From the IMG/VR virus record IMGVR_UViG_3300021959_000024: DNA of 20,000 bases. One strand, written 5' to 3'. Source of the DNA: an uncultured virus (IMG/VR IMGVR_UViG_3300021959_000024). Its lineage: Duplodnaviria; Heunggongvirae; Uroviricota; Caudoviricetes. The translations under genes were made by a program, and so were the position numbers. The notes under the pieces were generated by a model. The model worked only from the letters and a program-made list of their open reading frames with translations, was not told where the DNA came from and did no database searches. Of the stretch, positions 5,257-13,585 are shown in pieces. Within the stretch, counting starts at the first letter, position 1. Each line of letters begins with the position of its first letter.

Positions 5257-8175
5257 ATGCCAATTGATAATCAACCAATAGCTGGAAAAAGTCCAGGAAT
5301 AGATACAGGTGCTCCAGGAGTAGTTACTCCTCCACCTCCATTAAAAAAACCTAAGAAAGATGGCCTTAAATTAGAAAAGCCATCTAAGAATCTTAAAGAT
5401 ATCGTCGATATCAACCCTACCATGAAAGAAGCAGCAGAGAAACATGCTGTAATGACATTTGGTAGAATGAATCCTCCTACAACAGGTCACGAGAAACTTA
5501 TTCATAAAACACATAGCATTGCTCAAAAGCATGGAGCAAAAGCTCATATCGTGTTATCTCATTCTCATGATGCAAAGAACAACCCTTTACCTCAAAAAGA
5601 TAAAATTAACTATGTTAAGAAAGTCCACAAAGGAGTTCATGTAACAGGATCCAGTAAAGAACACCCAAACTTCTTATCACACGCTAAGAAGTTACATCAA
5701 GCAGGTCATGATCATCTACACGTTGTAGCTGGATCTGACAGAGTTGGTGATTATAAAAGAGTATTAAACAAATATAATGGTCACAAAGATCATTATAACT
5801 TTAAATCGATCACAGTACATAGTGCAGGTCAAAGAGATCCAGACAGTGAAGGCACATCTGGTATCAGTGGTACAAAGATGAGAGCTCATGCTAGAGCTGG
5901 AGACCACAATTCATTTAAAGCTGGCCTACCTAAGTCATTACATGGTGATCATAAAAAAATTATGTCACACATTAAAGAAGAGATAGAGAACGCAGAATTA
6001 TTAGAACAGTTTACAGATGAAGTAATGGATCAATTGATTGCAGAAGATTATGCAGTCGAAGAGATGATCAACGAAAGAGTTATGACGTTGTTACAAAGAC
6101 GTAAAGCAGCTCTTAAGATGAGACGTCTTAGATTTAGAATTGCTCGTGCTAGAAAACTTAAAAAGAAAAGAATGGCAACGACGGATATGTTGACAAGAAG
6201 AGCAAGACGTCAAGCAAGATCATTCATCAGAAAAAGAATTGCAGGTAAACAAGGTGGTGATTATGCAAACTTATCACCCTCCCAAAAAATTCAGATAGAT
6301 AAAAGAGTAGAGAAAAAAGCAGCATTCATTACTAAGCTCGCAAAAAGATTGCTGCCTAAAGTTAAACAAGCTGAGCTAGCAAGGTTAAGAAGTGCAAGAA
6401 AACAAAAAGAATCAATCGACATCAATCTCGATTTCACAAATTACCTCGCCGAACTTCAAAATGGTGGGTCGACCAGTGTTAATGATAGAGGGCAGCAAGA
6501 AGAAAAAGCTGTCAATAACTCTACAACAAGAACAGAAGAAGCTAATCCTAAGGTAGATCAATTAAAAGATAAGCATAAGAATGAAGCAGAAGCTATCAAA
6601 AAAAGACATGCTATTGAAAAAGAAAAGCTGAAAGCACAAATGGCTAGATCAAAACAAGCACAATTAAGAAGAGAAGCTAAAGAAATAGCTGAGGCAGTTG
6701 ATATCATGGTAGATGCTTTGGCAGCATTAGAAGAAAAAGCATCAAAGGCTAAAGTTGATTTAGATACTATGTTCGTTGAGTTTGTTGATGGATATACGAA
6801 TCCACATGGACAACAAACACCACAGCAAGGTGGATTTGCAAACGTAAACAGACTAATTGCTGAAATGTCTCAAGCAGAAAAAGATAAAGCAGAAGACATT
6901 GTTAAAGGCATGAAGAAGAATGCATCAGATTTTAAAAAGAGATACGGTAAAGATGCCAAGTCTGTAATGTATGCTACAGCTAATAAAATGGCTCAAGAAA
7001 ACGTAAAAGAAAGTTTAAAAGATTGGTTTGGCAAAGGTAAGAAAGGCGATTGGGTTCGCGTAGATACTAAAGGCGAAATCAAAGGCGATTGTGCAAGAGA
7101 AGAAGGAGAAGGTAAGCCTAAGTGCATGCCAAGATCCAAAGCACATTCAATGAGTAAAGATGATAGAGCTTCTGCTGCAAGAAGAAAAAGAGCAGCGGAT
7201 CCTCAAGCAGATAGACCAGGAACTGGCAACAAGCCTATCATGGTTAAGACACAAAAAGAAGAAGCCAAGCCATCTGGTAAAGCTACAAAGCCTTACAGCA
7301 GCCATGGTATTCCTAAGGATGCTACAAAAGCAGAACTCAAATCAATCAGATCAAATCCAAACAGTAGCAAAGGTAAAAAGCAACTTGCTCATTGGAAATT
7401 GAACATGCATTTTAAAGAGCAGATCGATACTGTGATTGCTGAAGCAAACAAGCCTAACGATCCTAAGTTGTGGGCAGCTAAGAAAGCTGCTGCAAAAGCT
7501 AAGTTTGATGTTTATCCAAGTGCATATGCAAACGGTTGGGCAGTCCAACAGTACAATAAAGCAGGCGGTACTTGGAGAAAAACTAACGAGAGTTTAAACG
7601 TTAATGAAGACAAAAATGAAAAGACTAAAAAGCTAACTCAATTGTTTAGAATGGGATTAGCCAAAAAAGGTGAACTGCATACAATGCTTCGTATGTTAAA
7701 AAGAGACGAAGATGCATTAAAAGACCCAAAGTTACGAACTAAAATGTATGAGCTTTTAGATAAACTAACAGACATAGTAACTAAGGATGGACAGATATTT
7801 GTTAAAGTCAGACAAGCTGTTCAAAAAGATAGAGATGACTTACAGGCTGTAGAAGAAATGTTATCACTTGAAGGTGTTATTTTAGGAGTTAACAAAGCCT
7901 TTGAACAGCTAAATATACAAGAGGATATGTCAGGAATGTCTGTGTCATCTGGTCATAAAAGATCAGTTGCGCAAGGTGCAGGGATGACTAAAAAAGGGGT
8001 AAATGCTTATAAAAGACGTAACCCCGGAAGTAAATTACAAACAGCGGTAACCACTCCGCCTAGTAAAATGGATCCAGACAGCAAGCCAGCTAAAAGAAGA
8101 AAGGCTTTCTGTTCAAGATCAAGAAGTTGGACTAGTGAGAGAGGTAAAGCAGCTAGAAAGAGATGGAATTGCTAA
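5257..8175 (+). CDS. 972-aa modular protein: HxGH cytidylyltransferase-like nucleotidyltransferase domain plus several small basic modules (DUF5872- and DUF6321-like)
   Basis: FGRMNPPTTGHEKL (HxGH-type), VVAGSDRV and ISGTKMR motifs at ~5440-5980. Arg/Lys-rich segment at ~6076-6410. Modules LKDWF...KPKCMP, FDVYPSAYANGW and GMTKKGV...RRKAFC...ARKRWNC. Confidence 0.8.
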   Translation: MPIDNQPIAGKSPGIDTGAPGVVTPPPPLKKPKKDGLKLEKPSKNLKDIVDINPTMKEAAEKHAVMTFGRMNPPTTGHEKLIHKTHSIAQKHGAKAHIVLSHSHDAKNNPLPQKDKINYVKKVHKGVHVTGSSKEHPNFLSHAKKLHQAGHDHLHVVAGSDRVGDYKRVLNKYNGHKDHYNFKSITVHSAGQRDPDSEGTSGISGTKMRAHARAGDHNSFKAGLPKSLHGDHKKIMSHIKEEIENAELLEQFTDEVMDQLIAEDYAVEEMINERVMTLLQRRKAALKMRRLRFRIARARKLKKKRMATTDMLTRRARRQARSFIRKRIAGKQGGDYANLSPSQKIQIDKRVEKKAAFITKLAKRLLPKVKQAELARLRSARKQKESIDINLDFTNYLAELQNGGSTSVNDRGQQEEKAVNNSTTRTEEANPKVDQLKDKHKNEAEAIKKRHAIEKEKLKAQMARSKQAQLRREAKEIAEAVDIMVDALAALEEKASKAKVDLDTMFVEFVDGYTNPHGQQTPQQGGFANVNRLIAEMSQAEKDKAEDIVKGMKKNASDFKKRYGKDAKSVMYATANKMAQENVKESLKDWFGKGKKGDWVRVDTKGEIKGDCAREEGEGKPKCMPRSKAHSMSKDDRASAARRKRAADPQADRPGTGNKPIMVKTQKEEAKPSGKATKPYSSHGIPKDATKAELKSIRSNPNSSKGKKQLAHWKLNMHFKEQIDTVIAEANKPNDPKLWAAKKAAAKAKFDVYPSAYANGWAVQQYNKAGGTWRKTNESLNVNEDKNEKTKKLTQLFRMGLAKKGELHTMLRMLKRDEDALKDPKLRTKMYELLDKLTDIVTKDGQIFVKVRQAVQKDRDDLQAVEEMLSLEGVILGVNKAFEQLNIQEDMSGMSVSSGHKRSVAQGAGMTKKGVNAYKRRNPGSKLQTAVTTPPSKMDPDSKPAKRRKAFCSRSRSWTSERGKAARKRWNC

Positions 8176-8176
8176 T

Positions 8177-9067
8177 ATGAAAAATTTAACACATACAATT
8201 AGAGACTTGCTAGAAGGTAAAGCAGTTGAGGATCCCAACAAAGAGGATCTTGCTAAACTTAAAGCTGTTGCTAAGGTGAAAGACGAGAAAGATGTAGAAG
8301 AAAAATTAGATGAAGTGTTAGAGTACGGTACTCAACAAGCTGCTAATCAATATGCTTCAGATACACCTGGACAGACACCTGGCCATGAGCCTCATCCAGT
8401 TCAACATCAACATAAGCCTAACCTAGCTGTTGACGGTGTTCCTGTTCCTGGTGGACAAATCAAAAAACCAAACTTTGATAAAGATGCTGGTATGGGCAAA
8501 GTAACAGCTAAAGAAGAAGTAGAAGTTGATGAAGGTTTTGGCGATATGGTTAACAAAGTCAAAGATAAAATTAAAAAAGCAGCTGCTGATGTAAAAAACT
8601 TTAAGAACACAGATGCGGCAGCACAAATCAGAAAGAACAAAACGACCAAAGGCGTGTCAATGGAACAAAATGATCAAGAAATGAATAAAATTCTTGATAG
8701 CTTGATTGAAAAGTATAACCTTCAAGAAGCATTGTCACAAGCTGAAAAGGACGCTAGAAAAGACGCATCTAAAGAGTATGGTAAGCCTAAAGTCGACCCT
8801 GCTGATGTTGATCACGATCACAAGCCAGAACCTAAGAAAAGAGGAAGAGGTGAAAGAGACCTTCCACATATTGCAACTCAGTTAAGAGGTGTTGTTGATA
8901 TGGGCGATAAGCATTCTGGTGTTAAGTTTAAAGATGGATCAACTAAGAAAGTTCATCCAGATCACGCAAAGAGTTGGTTAGCAAAACATGACAGTGCAAA
9001 ACCTGCTCATAAATTAGCAATGTATAGATCACATGATTCACATAGTGAGTTCATGAAGCATAAATAG
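8177..9067 (+). CDS. Hypothetical highly charged protein, probable internal head protein
   Basis: ATG 8177 directly after the upstream stop. N-terminus MKNLTHTIRDLLE; LDEVLEYGT...TPGQ; KEEVEVDE linker. Confidence 0.7.
   Translation: MKNLTHTIRDLLEGKAVEDPNKEDLAKLKAVAKVKDEKDVEEKLDEVLEYGTQQAANQYASDTPGQTPGHEPHPVQHQHKPNLAVDGVPVPGGQIKKPNFDKDAGMGKVTAKEEVEVDEGFGDMVNKVKDKIKKAAADVKNFKNTDAAAQIRKNKTTKGVSMEQNDQEMNKILDSLIEKYNLQEALSQAEKDARKDASKEYGKPKVDPADVDHDHKPEPKKRGRGERDLPHIATQLRGVVDMGDKHSGVKFKDGSTKKVHPDHAKSWLAKHDSAKPAHKLAMYRSHDSHSEFMKHK
9059..9066 (+). promoter_or_regulatory. Late-promoter-like box (CATAAATA)
   Basis: One mismatch to consensus; overlaps the upstream stop; 8 nt before ATG 9075. Confidence 0.6.
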
Positions 9068-9074
9068 GATTACT

Positions 9075-9917
9075 ATGAAAAAGTTTAGAAATTTTGTCGC
9101 AGAAGAAATGAGTGTTACTTTGAAGCAGCACGGAAGTACTTCGTATAAAGTGCATTCTGTTGGTTCTAAGATGAAATCACACGGTGGCCTTAAAGTAGGT
9201 GAAACGGTTCATGATCATCACATTGATGACCTTAGAGATTCCGGTATCAAAGTTAGATACCACAAAGAAGAAGTCGAAGTCGATGAAGCAATTGAAAGAA
9301 AGGCTGATAGCAAAATGATCATGGTCAAAGATCCTAATACAGGCAAGACAGTTCTTAAAAAAGCACCAAGAAAAGAGATTGAGATCGGCAAAGGTAGGAT
9401 GGAATCTGTTGGAGAAAAGTATAATCCACACATTTCAATGCCAAATATAGGTGGTAAAGAGTACAAGAAGAATCTTAAGAAATCAGTTGAAAAAACTACA
9501 GCTCATCTTAAGCCTAGTAAAAACCCAGGGTTATACAGGAATGGAAAAAGAGTTGATGAAAAAGAGATTTCTGAAATCTCAGACAAAATGAAAGTCAACT
9601 ACATTAACAAAGCCAACAAAGCAATCACTGATAGAGAGAAGTTACATTTAAAAATTGGTGCAAAAGTAGATAAAGATAAAACCTTAGAAAAAATGAGGAA
9701 AGGAGTTGCACTGGCTAAAAGTAAACTTGGTGAAGCAGAATATTCAAACAAAGAAGTCAGAATGGGTAAAGGCGTTGCCTTTGATAAGAGATATAAAGGC
9801 GGCAACATGACTGGCGCTTATAAAACAATTAACAAAATTAAAAAAGGTTTGGGTGATCATCCTAAAGTAAGAGATGCACTCAGACAAGCTAACGAAGAGT
9901 TTAACAAAGGAGAATAA
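9075..9917 (+). CDS. Lys-rich protein with a capsid-targeting-like N-terminus, probable internal head protein
   Basis: MKKFRNFVAEE resembles the T4 internal-protein targeting peptide (MKTYQEFIAE type); KEEVEVDE linker. Confidence 0.7.
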   Translation: MKKFRNFVAEEMSVTLKQHGSTSYKVHSVGSKMKSHGGLKVGETVHDHHIDDLRDSGIKVRYHKEEVEVDEAIERKADSKMIMVKDPNTGKTVLKKAPRKEIEIGKGRMESVGEKYNPHISMPNIGGKEYKKNLKKSVEKTTAHLKPSKNPGLYRNGKRVDEKEISEISDKMKVNYINKANKAITDREKLHLKIGAKVDKDKTLEKMRKGVALAKSKLGEAEYSNKEVRMGKGVAFDKRYKGGNMTGAYKTINKIKKGLGDHPKVRDALRQANEEFNKGE

Positions 9918-9918
9918 C

Positions 9919-10557
9919 ATGGCTGATATTTTTGGCACAAAACCGAACAACGCTACACAAGCCATCATTGATGCAGCATCTAAAATTTTAATGGGTGTCA
10001 AAGATGACGATACAGCTAAAGCTCAAACAGAAGAAGAGCATCCTGCAGTAGTTCATGCAGAAGGAATGTCTTCTAAAGAGAAGATGAAGAAAGGACTTTA
10101 CAACAGTACGGATCCAGTTGGTAAAGAAGATGGCGACATCGATAACGACGGAGACAAAGATGAGTCTGATAAGTATCTTCACAAAAGAAGAAAAGCAATC
10201 AAGAAAGCAATGGCAAAAGAACAATTAGAACTTCCTGATTATGTCATTGAAGCAATTGAAGATGCACTAGTCGAAGATGAAACCTTTGAAGTGCAGCTTG
10301 ATGAAGCAGAAGACCTTGACGCTGCATCTGCAGACAAAGCTCTACAACACGATTGTGCTAAGCACGTTGTTCATAAAGAGCATGGTGAAGGACAATGTGT
10401 ACCTGGAATGCACACTCTTGAAGAAAATGAAGATGGTACAGGATACGTTACACATTACGATGTTATGTTTAAAGAAGGCATCGTAGAGAATGTTCCTGTT
10501 GAAGAATTAGAAATCGTTACTGAGATGAGCCATGGTCATCCCAGAAAAAAGAAATAA
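9919..10557 (+). CDS. Conserved-type T4-like phage hypothetical protein, probably virion-associated
   Basis: SD AAGGAG before ATG 9919. Contains DPVGKEDGDIDNDGDKDESDKYLHKRRKAI and a His/Cys-rich C-terminal domain. Confidence 0.75.
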   Translation: MADIFGTKPNNATQAIIDAASKILMGVKDDDTAKAQTEEEHPAVVHAEGMSSKEKMKKGLYNSTDPVGKEDGDIDNDGDKDESDKYLHKRRKAIKKAMAKEQLELPDYVIEAIEDALVEDETFEVQLDEAEDLDAASADKALQHDCAKHVVHKEHGEGQCVPGMHTLEENEDGTGYVTHYDVMFKEGIVENVPVEELEIVTEMSHGHPRKKK

Positions 10558-10560
10558 ATA
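10553..10560 (+). promoter_or_regulatory. Late-promoter-like box (AATAAATA)
   Basis: One mismatch; overlaps the upstream stop; followed by SD GGAG and ATG 10579. Confidence 0.55.
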
Positions 10561-10578
10561 GAGTAAACGGAGAAAAAA

Positions 10579-11070
10579 ATGGCACTTTGGGGAAACAAAG
10601 ACGACAAAACATCTGACGGTACAGTTGAAGTTGCAGCTAACGGTTTAGTTACTGGTACATCTACTGTATTTGATGATCAAGCTAAAGTTGGTGATTACTT
10701 AATCGTAAACAGCACAGTTGGTTTTATTATCAGTTCTATCACTTCTAACACTGTAGCACAAGTTGTTACAGCTAAGAAAGGTACATCTGTTAATGCAATC
10801 TCTGCTGGTACTAACTACACGTTGAACGAAAAGCCTATTTCTGTTTCATTTGCTGAAGCTCCTGATACAAGCACAACCGGTGATTTCACTGCTGTGTTTG
10901 GTGTGGATACCACAGAGCAAGGTGTTACTGATGCTGTACATGCTGGTTGGGTAAGAAGAACTGCCAAAACCGATATGCATGGTACATCAAGAGTAATGCA
11001 CGAAGTGCTCGTAGCTGGTTCATCTATTTCAGGTGACGCTGCAGACGATACAGAATTTGCTGATAGTTAA
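10579..11070 (+). CDS. Putative virion structural protein
   Basis: MALWGNKD start, VTGTSTVF, VFGVDTTE, HAGWV and EVLVA; Thr/Ser/Gly/Val-rich beta-type composition, as seen in T4-like phage structural proteins. Confidence 0.7.
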   Translation: MALWGNKDDKTSDGTVEVAANGLVTGTSTVFDDQAKVGDYLIVNSTVGFIISSITSNTVAQVVTAKKGTSVNAISAGTNYTLNEKPISVSFAEAPDTSTTGDFTAVFGVDTTEQGVTDAVHAGWVRRTAKTDMHGTSRVMHEVLVAGSSISGDAADDTEFADS

Positions 11071-11085
11071 TAATAGGAATACATA

Positions 11086-12000
11086 ATGCCGAAACTTACT
11101 GAGCTCACTGCAGCCAATTCACTAGCTAATAGTGACTTACTTGTTGTAACTACAAACACCACAGGAACCGCTGTTTCTAATAGCGTTAATGTGGCTACGT
11201 TATCAGCAGCTCTAAGTGCGGCAACTCCTATTATCAAAACTTTGATTGGTGACGACGGAAACGTCGTCGCATCAAACACTGCGACTGAAGTTACGTTGGC
11301 AGGTGGTACAGGTGTTACCACTAACGTCAGTGGCAATACAATAACATTTAATGTCAACTCGGCAGCACTTTCAAACACTATAACATCTATCGTAACGGAC
11401 AGCGGAACAGTAGCTTCAGATAATGGAGAAGCATTTGCTGTGTCAACTACAGGTGCTAATGGTGTTATTATATCTGCTAGTGGGAATACAATTACATTCT
11501 CATTCAATCCAAATACCATCAACAGTTTAACAGATATGTATTCTCCGCATTATCAAGATGCGGAGTCACTCCCCACTGAGTCGTCACTGTTTGATGGACA
11601 TTTTGTTGTAGCTGGTAGAAATCTATATCATGGTGCAAATTCAGAATTCATTAGAAACATAAACGAAAATGATAGTGGTGAAGCTCTCAAATCTCACGTT
11701 AAATTTGTTGTGTCTGCTAATGGTTCTGGTGCCTATAATTTTAGTGGCGGTGGTGCCACTGGGTCTGACAATGAGGACATTTATGTCTATAAAGGGCTAA
11801 CGTATCAATTTGATGCCACAAGTCTTTATTCTCAGCATCCTCTTGAACTAGAATATGCTAACGGCAATCCTTATGATGTAGGAGTCGTAGATAATACGGA
11901 CGGTTATATTTTCCTCACTGTAGGTCAAGCAGCCGCCAATTTGAAATACCAGTGTACAAGTCATTCAGCAATGAACGGAAACATTATTGTTGTAACATAG
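11086..12000 (+). CDS. Putative fibre-like virion protein with a C-terminal cupredoxin-like domain
   Basis: MPKLTELTAA start; two internal repeats ending SGNTITF; C-terminal HPL...YQCTSHSAMNGNIIV. Confidence 0.7.
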   Translation: MPKLTELTAANSLANSDLLVVTTNTTGTAVSNSVNVATLSAALSAATPIIKTLIGDDGNVVASNTATEVTLAGGTGVTTNVSGNTITFNVNSAALSNTITSIVTDSGTVASDNGEAFAVSTTGANGVIISASGNTITFSFNPNTINSLTDMYSPHYQDAESLPTESSLFDGHFVVAGRNLYHGANSEFIRNINENDSGEALKSHVKFVVSANGSGAYNFSGGGATGSDNEDIYVYKGLTYQFDATSLYSQHPLELEYANGNPYDVGVVDNTDGYIFLTVGQAAANLKYQCTSHSAMNGNIIVVT

Positions 12001-12012
12001 TTGTACGCTATA

Positions 12013-12020
12013 CATAAATA
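12013..12020 (+). promoter_or_regulatory. Late-promoter-like box (CATAAATA)
   Basis: Intergenic, 5 nt before ATG 12026. Confidence 0.65.
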
Positions 12021-12025
12021 TTATT

Positions 12026-12412
12026 ATGGAAAAAATTGACGAATCTAATTTTATATTATACGCTGCCCAGTGTTATGATAACCCTCAATGCATGGATGAA
12101 ACCGAATTCTTCGATGATCTAAAAAGATTTAAATACCTCAAACGGTTGTTTAATAAATACCAGGAGACAGGAGAATTAAAAGAACGGTTAATAATTAACC
12201 ACTTAGTTGTTATCTACAATTTGTTTGGTGATGGTGCAACAAGGATGTTGTTCTTTAAATTAAAGGACCATCATGATATCCTTAAACCTTTTTTAATCTT
12301 ACTATCAAGATTACCTGAAAGAATTAAGGGAATTGGAATAGAAGGCAAAGAGATAATAACTAGTGACATAACAGACGATTCGTATGTTGTAGACGTTCTT
12401 AGGAGTATCTAA
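12026..12412 (+). CDS. Conserved T4-like phage hypothetical protein
   Basis: NFILYAAQCYDNPQC...EFFDDLKRFKYLKRL...ERLIINHLVVIYNLFG pattern is recognisable from T4-like phages; function unknown. Confidence 0.8.
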   Translation: MEKIDESNFILYAAQCYDNPQCMDETEFFDDLKRFKYLKRLFNKYQETGELKERLIINHLVVIYNLFGDGATRMLFFKLKDHHDILKPFLILLSRLPERIKGIGIEGKEIITSDITDDSYVVDVLRSI

Positions 12413-12972
12413 TGGCAAGCACAAGCGTAGTAGATTTATTTGTTGTATACCAGTTTATAAAGCGTCTAGCGACCCCTTTTAACAAATGGGATGCGTATAA
12501 GTCTGGCGTTATTGATGAACGAGGTAACATTCTAGTTAAACCTGGAATGAGAGATAAAAAACAATTAGACTCATTTAAAATCTTTGACGTGATGATACTC
12601 AAATTGAAAAGACTATTAGAAAAAATTCCTGGTGGTAAAACAAGACTAGCAAGTTATGCAGCAGCATTGTTCTTAGTAAAAGAAGATTGGGAACATAAAA
12701 CTGAAACCCAAATCCTTACCGAAAGCAACGATACTTACATCGATTATCTCAGACTATACAAGTTAGACACGTATGCGAGAGCATTAGAAGAAATGCCTAC
12801 TAATAGCGCCGGAAGTGGAGCTATTGCTGGTATGGGCGTGAATGGTCCTAATGATGTCAAAGTATCTAAAAATAAGCAGAAGAAATATAAAGAACAAAAT
12901 AAAATTGATGCTGCAAACTATCACGATGGTATCAAAACATACGTTAACAGAAGATTTGGATCAATGTTCTAA
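12412..12972 (+). CDS. Conserved T4-like hypothetical protein (gp61.1-like)
   Basis: DLFVVYQFIKRLATPFNKWDAYKSGVIDERGNIL pattern; located upstream of the primase gene. Confidence 0.7.
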   Translation: MASTSVVDLFVVYQFIKRLATPFNKWDAYKSGVIDERGNILVKPGMRDKKQLDSFKIFDVMILKLKRLLEKIPGGKTRLASYAAALFLVKEDWEHKTETQILTESNDTYIDYLRLYKLDTYARALEEMPTNSAGSGAIAGMGVNGPNDVKVSKNKQKKYKEQNKIDAANYHDGIKTYVNRRFGSMF

Positions 12973-13205
12973 TGGCCAACATAATGAAGAAGTTTTGGTT
13001 ATGGTTAAAGTCATTATGGTCAACAACTTATACAATACAAGTGTCATACGATAACGTATGGGGCAATGAGGACGATAAGATATACAAAGGCGTCCAAAAG
13101 ATTCACAAACAGAACTTTAAAGAACTCCATTTCACAGACTCAAACAAGAACTTAGTAGTCATTAGAGGATCTAATGGCTTAAAATATATAATAGAGGTAG
13201 AATAA
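12972..13205 (+). CDS. Hypothetical protein (77 aa)
   Basis: TAATG coupling on both sides; amphipathic Trp-rich N-terminus. Confidence 0.65.
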   Translation: MANIMKKFWLWLKSLWSTTYTIQVSYDNVWGNEDDKIYKGVQKIHKQNFKELHFTDSNKNLVVIRGSNGLKYIIEVE

Positions 13206-13585
13206 TGTATCAATTTTTTATAGGTATCATTATTGTGTTAGGTCTCGGAAGCTATTGGCTATATGACCAAAACGTAACACTTAAAGAGAACAACGTAAAA
13301 TTAGAATTTGCTGTAGAAGAACAGCGAGCAGCATTTGATGCTATGAAAGAATCGTATGAGAAACAAGGTGAATCATTACGACAGTTATCAGAAGCAAATG
13401 CAAGAATTGAAGCAGAGAAAGATCAATACTTAGACATCTTTCGAAGACATAATTTAGATAAACTAGCTTTAGCAAAACCTGGGTTAATTGAAACAAGAGT
13501 TAACAATGGAACTAAAGGAGTACTGGAGGATTTACAAAATGATAGCAAGAACATTGCTGCTATTGATGACACTGCTAACAATTAG
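13205..13585 (+). CDS. Putative inner-membrane spanin (Rz-like)
   Basis: N-terminal TM helix (FFIGIIIVLGLGSYWLY), then a coiled coil and KPGLIE...NNGT; overlaps a downstream lipoprotein gene. Confidence 0.7.
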   Translation: MYQFFIGIIIVLGLGSYWLYDQNVTLKENNVKLEFAVEEQRAAFDAMKESYEKQGESLRQLSEANARIEAEKDQYLDIFRRHNLDKLALAKPGLIETRVNNGTKGVLEDLQNDSKNIAAIDDTANN

